Below, one piece after another: positions 24,728 through 32,000 of a stretch of 32,000 nt of DNA. The translations under genes and the position numbers were made by a program. Numbering within the stretch: the stretch's first letter is position 1; each line of letters begins with the position of its first letter. Origin of the DNA: Ancylothrix sp. D3o. Its GTDB lineage: Bacteria > Cyanobacteriota > Cyanobacteriia > Cyanobacteriales > Oscillatoriaceae. A model generated the notes under the pieces. It had not been told where the DNA came from, made no database searches, and saw only the letters and a program-made list of their open reading frames with translations. Where the stretch lies: the NCBI RefSeq assembly GCF_025370775.1, contig NZ_JAMXEX010000002.1:616519-648518 (forward strand), in the 5' to 3' direction.

Positions 24728-25597
24728 ATGCCTTGGCCTCGCATCCTCAGTGGAATTGTTGGGATCGCTCTTGCTCTGGGGATCACTCTCCTGGGAGGGT
24801 GGTATTTTACCCTAGCTTTTGGGGTAATTGTTTATCTCGGACAGCTTGAATACTTCCAGTTGGTACGAGCCACCGGCATCGCACCGGCCGGTAAAACAAC
24901 TTTAGCGGTTTCCCAAGCTTTGTTAATCATTGCCACTTGTTCATCAAGTTTGGCAGATGCCGTTTTGCCGGTGGCGGGGACATTTATTTGTTTTTATTTG
25001 TTATTTCAGCCAAAATTATCCACCATAGCCGATATTTCTTCTTCCATTTTAGGATTATTTTATGGCGGCTATTTGCCGAGTTATTGGGTAAGATTGCGAA
25101 GTTTAGATAGTCATCAATTCAGTAATTTACCCTTGGGAGGATATTGGCCCCATGAAGGCTTAATTATCCAAACCATGCCAGAAGGACTGACTCTCACAAT
25201 TTTGGGTTTTCTTTGTATTTGGGCAGCCGATATTGGAGCCTATATTTTTGGTAAGTTTTTTGGCCGCACCAGACTATCAGAAATCAGCCCCAAAAAGACC
25301 GTAGAAGGAGCTTTATTTGGTCTGGCCGGTAGCGTAGTGGTAGCCACTATCGGCTCCTGGTATTTAGACTGGCCATCATGGCCTTGGACGGGCATTGCTT
25401 TAGGATTATTAATTGGCATTGCCAGCTTACTAGGAGATTTAACAGAGTCGATGATGAAACGCGATGCCGGTGTCAAAGACTCCGGGCAATTAATACCCGG
25501 TCATGGTGGCATTTTAGACCGCGCTGATAGTTATGTTTTTACAGCGCCTTTGATTTATTATTTCGTCACCTTAGCTTTACCCTTGCTCCAAAAATAA
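24728..25597 (+). CDS. cdsA: phosphatidate cytidylyltransferase
   Basis: 289 aa, polytopic. It carries the CDS signature SMMKRDAGVKDSGQLIPGHGGILDRADS. Confidence 0.92.
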   Translation: MPWPRILSGIVGIALALGITLLGGWYFTLAFGVIVYLGQLEYFQLVRATGIAPAGKTTLAVSQALLIIATCSSSLADAVLPVAGTFICFYLLFQPKLSTIADISSSILGLFYGGYLPSYWVRLRSLDSHQFSNLPLGGYWPHEGLIIQTMPEGLTLTILGFLCIWAADIGAYIFGKFFGRTRLSEISPKKTVEGALFGLAGSVVVATIGSWYLDWPSWPWTGIALGLLIGIASLLGDLTESMMKRDAGVKDSGQLIPGHGGILDRADSYVFTAPLIYYFVTLALPLLQK

Positions 25598-25653
25598 AAC
25601 CTCCCCCCCTGGAAGTTTTACCGACTGCTAACAACCAATTTAAACTCAAAATA

Positions 25654-26412
25654 TTAAGCGGGAATCACATTAACTTGTCCCCGACAAATGAGTTTATCTG
25701 GTAGAAAAGAAACTTCCTGAATATTAACTTCTGGCCCTAAATCAAGCGTAAAGCCTTCTAAATTGCTTTGAATGGGGGCAGAGGTTTTTAACTGAGTATC
25801 CACAAATTTTAAATACCGACCCTCCAAAACTTCCAAACTTGTTTGCAAAACAAAAGCAATCAATTGGCCGGTGGAAGAAACTAATTCACCCTTTAAAATA
25901 AGAAAATTGGATTCTATTTTAATGTCAGAGTTTTTTAAAGACCAACCGGCCCCAGAGTTATTTAATTGAAAAATTGGCCCCAAAAACTCACAAATAGCAT
26001 TAGCTAATAGAGGAGTATTCAAAGACGCATTGAGATGAGTTTCAAGTAAAATTAGCTCCCCAGAAACCGGGATAGTTTCCAGAATTTGTAAGGGTTTACC
26101 TTTGAGAACTTGACCGATATTAATGCGGATATTGCTGCCGGTAAGGGAAATTTCCCCAAGATGTAAACCTTGATAGACAGCTTGACGAGCGCTGACAGAA
26201 ACAGAAGGAATATAACCGCTCAACAGTTGCCGGTTTCCGCCTTCAATTTTAACAAGCAGTTCTTCCACGTTATCAAGTTGAGAGCGTAACCACAACTGCA
26301 CGGCGGGCGATAAAACTTTAGCGATCAGTTGGGTAGATTTTTGGGCTGAATTGTTGTTTGAGTTTAAACCCGATGGGGAGTCGGAAGAAGTAGAATTAAA
26401 ACCAGAAGGCAT
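25654..26412 (-). CDS. DUF2993 (LmeA-like) domain-containing protein
   Basis: 252 aa. The pattern (LVKIEGGNRQLLSGYIPSVSVSARQAVYQGLHLGEISLTGSNIRINIGQVLKGKPLQ) matches my memory of cyanobacterial DUF2993 proteins. Confidence 0.78.
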   Translation of the reverse strand: MPSGFNSTSSDSPSGLNSNNNSAQKSTQLIAKVLSPAVQLWLRSQLDNVEELLVKIEGGNRQLLSGYIPSVSVSARQAVYQGLHLGEISLTGSNIRINIGQVLKGKPLQILETIPVSGELILLETHLNASLNTPLLANAICEFLGPIFQLNNSGAGWSLKNSDIKIESNFLILKGELVSSTGQLIAFVLQTSLEVLEGRYLKFVDTQLKTSAPIQSNLEGFTLDLGPEVNIQEVSFLPDKLICRGQVNVIPA

Positions 26413-27023
26413 AGTCGAATTTCCTTAAAAAAATGACAAGGTTGTGATGACAGTCTGTTTTAGCAAAAGACGAAAAAGAACACTCTTAGATTCAAGCTAG
26501 GCAAAAACAAAGCCCATTGACAGAGACTTTTAGAATTTAAACATAAAATCGATAACCCTAAAAGAAAAGCCAAGCGGTGGTAGAAAGTCAAGGAGATTAA
26601 ATTGTAAGGTAAATTTAACTGATGCCCGAAAACAAAGTCAGCAGAGAAAACAAGACAGCAGATATGTGATATTATTATGTCTAGCAGAACCACAGCAAGC
26701 CTGATTAGTTTATTGAGAAAAACCCCTCACAACTGCTTAGCTTTGACCCTCAACCGCAATAACCTCAAGTCAAGGACATTATTGTATTTAGCCCCGGCAC
26801 CCAACAATCAAAGCCGAACAGCCAAACCAAGATTGAGGCAGGCTGGGCGCATATTTGGCCCAAAAAACTCAGCCTCGCCAACCTGGCCGGTGCTGTTATC
26901 CACCGCCATAAAAAGAACAGGCATCCTTGGAACCATCCCTCTTGTAATATTTGTACATACTCTGTCTTAAAAACCCAGAGCAATCTTGTACCGAGATATC
27001 CAGAAATATTCAGCCGTCGGAAA

Positions 27024-27815
27024 GTGGAAGAAAGACTGCAAAAAATCCTCTCCCAGTGGGGCTTAGCCTCACGTCGTCAAGCCGAAAAAATGATCCTTGA
27101 CGGACGGGTACGGCTGAATGGCCAACCCGGAGAACTTGGCCAAAGAGCCAATCCTGAGCGAGATCAAATAGAAGTAGATGGAGTGTTGTTAACACCGGCA
27201 CACCGGCCCCAGTTAGTGTATTTATTGCTACACAAGCCCAAAGGCGTTGTTTCCACCTGTAGCGATCCCCAAGGGCGTCCGACAGTATTGGAATTAATGC
27301 CAGAATCTTTAGCTAGAGGTCAGGGTTTGCATCCCATAGGACGCTTAGATAGCGACAGCACAGGAGCCTTATTGCTGAGTAACGACGGCGAATTAACCTT
27401 TGGGTTAACCCATCCCCGTCACGGCATCCCCAAAACCTATGAAGTTTTGGTAAAAGGGCAACCCCCCGAAAAAGTGCTGCAAGCGTGGCGAGAAGGCATC
27501 ATACTGGAGGGCAAAAAAACAAGAGAAGCCAGCGTCTGCCGGCTTAAACAATATCCGGACTCAACACTTTTGCAAGTAATTCTTAAAGAAGGAAGAAACA
27601 GACAAATAAGAAAAGTTGCCGAACAGCTAGGATATCCTGTGATAAATTTACACCGCACAGCCATTGGCCCGATTTTGCTCAAACCGCCAGGAGAACCGAT
27701 CTTGCCGGTGGGGAAATGCCGCCCTCTAAAAAAATTCGAGTTGCGGTTTTTACAAAGCCAACTCGAAGTAACATCAGTAAGTGTTCCTACAGACATTGAG
27801 GAGCAAACCCTATGA
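27024..27815 (+). CDS. rRNA pseudouridine synthase (RsuA/RluB family, S4 domain + catalytic domain)
   Basis: 263 aa with a GTG start. It has an S4-like N-terminus (RLQKILSQWGLASRRQAEKMILDGRVRLNG), the catalytic motif GRLDSDSTGALLLSNDGEL, and GRNRQIRK. Confidence 0.9.
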   Translation: MEERLQKILSQWGLASRRQAEKMILDGRVRLNGQPGELGQRANPERDQIEVDGVLLTPAHRPQLVYLLLHKPKGVVSTCSDPQGRPTVLELMPESLARGQGLHPIGRLDSDSTGALLLSNDGELTFGLTHPRHGIPKTYEVLVKGQPPEKVLQAWREGIILEGKKTREASVCRLKQYPDSTLLQVILKEGRNRQIRKVAEQLGYPVINLHRTAIGPILLKPPGEPILPVGKCRPLKKFELRFLQSQLEVTSVSVPTDIEEQTL

Positions 27816-28606
27816 AGAAAAATAAAAATATAGTTATACGCAATTTGGAACAAGAGCGCCAAGAAAAACTCGATTGCCTAGGAGCCGAGTTGCGACGAGT
27901 GCGCCAAGAGCAGGAACTTCCTATTGAGGAAGTCGCCGCCCGAACAATGATCGGGGTAAAAATACTCCAAGCCATTGAAGAAGCCAACTTGCAAGAATTA
28001 CCTGAACCGGTTTACACCCAAAGCTATATCCGCAAGTTTGCCAATGCCCTAGGCTTGAATGGGGCAACATTTGCCAGTGATTTTCCCACCGAAACCAATA
28101 TGCGCTTGCTGAGTTATGGATCGTGGGTTCCATTGCCCGGAGTGCAATTGCGGCCAATTCATCTGTATGCTCTTTATATCTTGTTGATCCTGAGTTCGGT
28201 ACAAGGGCTGTCTTATATGGTGAACCGTTCAGCCTTTCAAGCCACAACCCTGCAAAAACAACAACTTCCCACTCAAGATGTTGTGGGGACAAACTCCACA
28301 CCCACCACCGAACTCACGGCAATAGCCGCCAGTCAAACTTCCTCAAAAAATGTTGGTGAGGATAAAGGGCCGGTACGCATTGGTTTAACCTTAAAAGCCG
28401 ATTCTTGGATTGAAGTAGAAGCCGATGGCAAAATGGCTTTTGAAGGAATCTTGGCAGAAGGAACCCAGCGCACTTGGGAAGCCAAAGAACAGTTAATCGT
28501 CCGTGCGGGGAATGCGGGGGGTGTTTTAGTAGCCGTCAACAACGGACAAGCAAAACAAATGGGAGCACCAGGAAAAGTTGAAGAATTGCGAGTTAAAGCC
28601 AATTAA
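27812..28606 (+). CDS. rodZ: RodZ-like protein (N-terminal HTH, one TM helix, C-terminal DUF4115)
   Basis: 264 aa. It has an XRE-type HTH (LGAELRRVRQEQELPIEEVAARTMIGVKILQAIE). A TM helix (IHLYALYILLILSSVQGL) follows. The C-terminus reads LTLKADSWIEVEADGK...IVRAGNAGGVLVAVNNG. Its ATG overlaps the upstream stop (ATGA), and a GAGGAG SD is present. Confidence 0.75.
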   Translation: MKKNKNIVIRNLEQERQEKLDCLGAELRRVRQEQELPIEEVAARTMIGVKILQAIEEANLQELPEPVYTQSYIRKFANALGLNGATFASDFPTETNMRLLSYGSWVPLPGVQLRPIHLYALYILLILSSVQGLSYMVNRSAFQATTLQKQQLPTQDVVGTNSTPTTELTAIAASQTSSKNVGEDKGPVRIGLTLKADSWIEVEADGKMAFEGILAEGTQRTWEAKEQLIVRAGNAGGVLVAVNNGQAKQMGAPGKVEELRVKAN

Positions 28607-28620
28607 AAATCTTGAGTTGG

Positions 28621-28648
28621 AGGCTGGCTTTTGCCAGCCTATTTTTTT
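28621..28648 (+). terminator. rho-independent terminator AGGCTGGC-tttt-GCCAGCCT + AT7
   Basis: A perfect 8-bp GC-rich stem pairs 28621-28628 with 28633-28640, with a 4-nt loop and a T7 run. It lies 15 nt after the rodZ-like stop and abuts the convergent malQ stop. Confidence 0.85.
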
Positions 28649-30188
28649 AGCGTCCGTAGATGTGGGTGAGTTTTTTGAGAAGGGATGATACAGAGTGGGT
28701 TAAAGCACCGGCCTGATAACGCCATTCCCAATTGCCCTCAGCTTTCCCCGGATAGTTCATTCGGGCCTCTGTTCCTAAACCTAAAATATCTTGTAAGGGA
28801 AAAATGGCTTGATTGGCAACAGAACTTTGGGCTAGACGAATGAGATCCCAGTGGATGCCATCTGACGATGTACAGCCTAGATAATCGAGGAGGTTTTGTT
28901 TTTCATGTTCCCCAAGGTTGTTAAACCAGCCAACTGTTGTATCGTTATCGTGGGTGCCGGTGTAAATAACACTATTGCGGGAAATGTTAAACGGCAAATA
29001 GGGATTATCGGTATTACCACCAAAGGCAAAATGTAAGATTTTCATCCCTGGCAGTTCAAATTTATCGCGCAAGGCTTCCACTTCGGGAGTGATGATCCCT
29101 AAATCTTCAGCCATAACCGGCAGTTTTCCTAGTTTTTCGTTCAAAACTTCAAAAAACTCATCACCACTAGCTTTTAACCATTCACCATTCAGGGCTGTGG
29201 TTTCGCCTTGCTTAACGGCCCAATATGCCTCAAATCCCCGGAAATGGTCAATGCGGATAATATCGACATAATCCAGCAACACTTCAAAGCGTTTTATCCA
29301 CCAGTCAAAATCTGTTTGTTCTAACTTGTCCCAGTCATAAACAGGATTGCCCCAAAGTTGGCCGGTGCTGCTGAAATAATCGGGGGGAACACCGGCCATT
29401 AAAGACGGGAGGCTGGTTTCTTCATCCAAGCAAAAAATTTCAGGATGGGCCCAGACATCGGCGCTATCGGCAGCAACATAGATGGGAATATCGCCAATAA
29501 TTTCGATGCCTTTTTGATTGGCGTATTTTTTCAGGGCTGACCACTGACGGAAAAAGATAAATTGGACAAAGTTGTGATATTGGATTTCGTCTTTTAACTG
29601 AAGTTTCCAGGCTTCAACGGCTGCCGGTTCACGGTGACGAATACCGAGATCCCAAGTATGCCAACTATCTCCCGCGTGAGCAGCTTTGAGAGACATAAAC
29701 AGAGCATAATCATTTAACCAGTAAATTGCGCCGGCACAAAATGTCTGGAACTCTTGCTGCAATTTTTGAGCCCAATTCGGCTGAAAATTCTCATTGGGTT
29801 CTTCTGGCAAATTTTCTGTAGAATGTTGGACAAAATTCTGACAAGCTTTTTGCAGCAGGGGCAGTTTAAAGCTTAAAACCTGCTCAAAATCTACTTTTTC
29901 GCTAGGGAAGTCTGGAACCTGGCCAATATCTTCATAGGAAAGTAAACCATCTTCGACCAATAAATCCAGATTAATTAAAATCGGGTTGCCGGCCATTGCC
30001 GAATAGCACATATAGGGCGAATTGCCGTAGCCGGTGGGGCCCAAAGGTAAAACCTGCCAGAGTTTTTGATTACTTTCGACCAAAAAATCAATAAACTCAT
30101 AGGCCGGTCTTCCAAGATCCCCGACACCAAACCGACTTGGCAATGATGTAGGGTGTAATAAAATTCCGCTGGTTCTGGGAAAAGGCAT
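28647..30188 (-). CDS. malQ: 4-alpha-glucanotransferase (amylomaltase, GH77), paralog 1
   Basis: 513 aa. GH77 motifs are present: GILLHPTSLPS, LPLGPTGYGNSPY, IRIDHFRGF, MAEDLG and YTGTHDNDT. Confidence 0.93.
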   Translation of the reverse strand: MPFPRTSGILLHPTSLPSRFGVGDLGRPAYEFIDFLVESNQKLWQVLPLGPTGYGNSPYMCYSAMAGNPILINLDLLVEDGLLSYEDIGQVPDFPSEKVDFEQVLSFKLPLLQKACQNFVQHSTENLPEEPNENFQPNWAQKLQQEFQTFCAGAIYWLNDYALFMSLKAAHAGDSWHTWDLGIRHREPAAVEAWKLQLKDEIQYHNFVQFIFFRQWSALKKYANQKGIEIIGDIPIYVAADSADVWAHPEIFCLDEETSLPSLMAGVPPDYFSSTGQLWGNPVYDWDKLEQTDFDWWIKRFEVLLDYVDIIRIDHFRGFEAYWAVKQGETTALNGEWLKASGDEFFEVLNEKLGKLPVMAEDLGIITPEVEALRDKFELPGMKILHFAFGGNTDNPYLPFNISRNSVIYTGTHDNDTTVGWFNNLGEHEKQNLLDYLGCTSSDGIHWDLIRLAQSSVANQAIFPLQDILGLGTEARMNYPGKAEGNWEWRYQAGALTHSVSSLLKKLTHIYGR

Positions 30189-30329
30189 AGGCGACCAGGT
30201 AATTAGTGATTAGGGACTGTTTAAGACGTAGGGGCAAGGTTCTTTAATGATGAAAATTGCCTTCAAGATGTAGCTAAACTCGCCGCTACAGAGGAAGAGG
30301 TGACATCATTACAAATGACAAATGACCAT

Positions 30330-31814
30330 TTAATAAAGCCGGCGATAGATTTCAGCAAGGTTACGAATTCGACCGGAGAGGTGGTTGGTTAAGACACCCG
30401 GAGTATAACGCCATCCCCAATTGCCCTCGCCTATTCCGGGGGTGTTCATTCTTCCTTCTCTTCCAATTCCGAGTAAGTCTTGAAGGGGAATAATTGCCCA
30501 ATCGGCAACAGATGACATAATGACGCGAATGGCATCCCAATGAATCTCGGAAAGGTTGTATTGCCCTAAATAATTGAGGAAATTATTTTTTTCAAGCGCT
30601 GACAAATCACTAAACCAGCCAACTGTTGTATCGTTGTCGTGGGTGCCGGTGTAGGCCACACAGTTGCGGGGATAGTTGTGAGGTAAATAAGCATTTCCCC
30701 AATCGGAACCAAAGGCAAAATGTAAAATTTTCATGCCCGGTAAGTGAAATTGATCCCGCAATGCTTCGACTTCTGGAGTGATTAAGCCTAAATCTTCGGC
30801 GACAATGGGAAGCCGGCCTAATTGTTCTTCGATAGATTTAAAAAAGTCGGCCCCTGGCCCTTTAACCCACCGGCCATTCATGGCAGTGCTTTCGCCTTGT
30901 TTGACCACCCAATACGCCTCAAAGGCGCGGAAATGGTCAATGCGTATCCAGTCTACTGTTTCGAGCATTGCTTCTAAGCGTTCTACCCACCACTGGTAAT
31001 TTTTTTGGCGGAGGTGATACCAGTTATAAATTGGGTTGCCCCACAGTTGGCCGGTGGCGCTAAAGTAGTCTGGTGGTACTCCTGCCATTAAGGTTGAGAG
31101 GCCGGTTTGGGGATGCAAACAAAAATTTTCTGGATGTGCCCACACATCAGCGCTATCGTGGGCGACATAGATGGGCAAATCTCCTAAAATTTGTATTCTT
31201 CGCTCGTTGGCATAGCGTTTGAGGTATCCCCACTGGCGAAAAAATTCAAATTGCCGGTATTTGCGAAAATTGATTTCAACTTCCAATAACATCCGACAGG
31301 CTTTGAGTGCGTCGGGATCACGGTCTCGCAGTACCGGGTTCCAAGCATTCCAAGAAACGCCCCGGTTCATTTGCTTAATGGCCATGAATAAGGCATAGTC
31401 TTCTAACCAGCTTGCATGACGCTGGCAAAATTCTTGAAATTCATCTTGGGGGAATGAGCGAAAGTTTTCAAACGCTTTCCACAGCAGATTTTCTTTGTAG
31501 TTGATAACGTGGTCATAATCTACGCGGTTTTTAGGAAACTGCGGCGGTTTGGCTATGTCTTCGTGGCTGAGTAAGCCTTTTTCTCGCAGAATTTCTGGAC
31601 TGATTAACAATGGGTTGCCGGCCATTGCTGAATAGGAAGCATAAGGGGAGTTTCCGTGACCGGTTGGCCCTAATGGCAATATCTGCCATATTCCTTGTCC
31701 GCTTTCTGCTAAAAAATCAACAAATTTATAGGCTTCTGGCCCTAAGTCTCCTATGCCAAATCGACTTGGCAGGGAGGTGGGGTGTAGCAAAATGCCGCTT
31801 GCTCTGTGGGGCAT
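30330..31814 (-). CDS. malQ: 4-alpha-glucanotransferase (amylomaltase, GH77), paralog 2
   Basis: 494 aa. It has the same GH77 motif set (IRIDHFRAF, VAEDLG, YTGTHDNDT). By eye it is roughly 55-60% identical to paralog 1 and lacks a roughly 19-aa insert. Confidence 0.93.
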   Translation of the reverse strand: MPHRASGILLHPTSLPSRFGIGDLGPEAYKFVDFLAESGQGIWQILPLGPTGHGNSPYASYSAMAGNPLLISPEILREKGLLSHEDIAKPPQFPKNRVDYDHVINYKENLLWKAFENFRSFPQDEFQEFCQRHASWLEDYALFMAIKQMNRGVSWNAWNPVLRDRDPDALKACRMLLEVEINFRKYRQFEFFRQWGYLKRYANERRIQILGDLPIYVAHDSADVWAHPENFCLHPQTGLSTLMAGVPPDYFSATGQLWGNPIYNWYHLRQKNYQWWVERLEAMLETVDWIRIDHFRAFEAYWVVKQGESTAMNGRWVKGPGADFFKSIEEQLGRLPIVAEDLGLITPEVEALRDQFHLPGMKILHFAFGSDWGNAYLPHNYPRNCVAYTGTHDNDTTVGWFSDLSALEKNNFLNYLGQYNLSEIHWDAIRVIMSSVADWAIIPLQDLLGIGREGRMNTPGIGEGNWGWRYTPGVLTNHLSGRIRNLAEIYRRLY

Positions 31815-31962
31815 ATCCTTGCTGATTCCTCAGTTAGCTTTGTTTCCGTAAATCTTATACTTATTGAAGCACTCCACCATCATTCCTAAGTTTTAATTTT
31901 TATTTTCTGTTGTTCTGCTGCTAGGATGTTACGGTTGTTGAGCATGGCCATTATATTGTCTT

Positions 31963-31980
31963 AATCTAAAATCTAAAATC
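31963..31980. repeat. heptamer tandem repeat (TCTAAAA)x2+, second copy of the 18-mer seen at 23759-23777
   Basis: The sequence aatctaaaatctaaaatc lies about 150 nt upstream of the malQ paralog 2 start. Confidence 0.85.
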
Positions 31981-32000
31981 GGAAATTTAACGTTTTATGA

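Noticed and set aside
26460-26983. ORFs 26460..26693(-), 26677..26970(+) and 26765..26983(-)
   Set aside because: Their compositions are implausible (Trp/Cys-rich or basic low-complexity). They mutually overlap and have no RBS. I treat the region as non-coding and list it as a finding.
27437-28602. Antisense or alternative ORFs 27437..27862(-), 27787..27987(-), 27921..28301(-), 28123..28359(+) and 28333..28602(-)
   Set aside because: They overlap the well-supported pseudouridine-synthase and RodZ-like CDSs and lack motifs.

Overview
The window reads as chromosomal DNA from a filamentous (Oscillatoriales-like) cyanobacterium. This is inferred from lineage-typical genes: a 2090-aa TamB/TIC236-like protein, an EGY-like site-2 protease, DUF3110, a Uma2 nuclease and heptamer tandem repeats. 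I support 22 CDSs. I saw no rRNA, tRNA, CRISPR array, transposase or integrase. Most genes are core housekeeping: S2P protease, murQ, tamB-like, ychF, an Orn/Lys/Arg-decarboxylase-fold enzyme, cbiT, cdsA, DUF2993, a pseudouridine synthase, a rodZ-like gene and two tandem malQ paralogs. Accessory-looking content falls into three groups. (1) A tight three-gene cassette at 16.9-19.4 kb encodes a Uma2 nuclease, an unclassified PD-(D/E)xK protein and a C5-cytosine methyltransferase. It is the only defence-like locus and my best candidate for something not yet described. (2) A roughly 1400-aa RTX / cadherin-like / seven-blade FG-GAP surface protein, plus a small RTX paralog. (3) Several in-frame tandem-repeat regions. 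A window-wide signal is strong over-representation of CCGG in the context GCCGG/CCGGC (about 7 per kb by hand count), with no HIP1 octamer noticed. All functional names come from motif recognition by eye, since no database search was possible.
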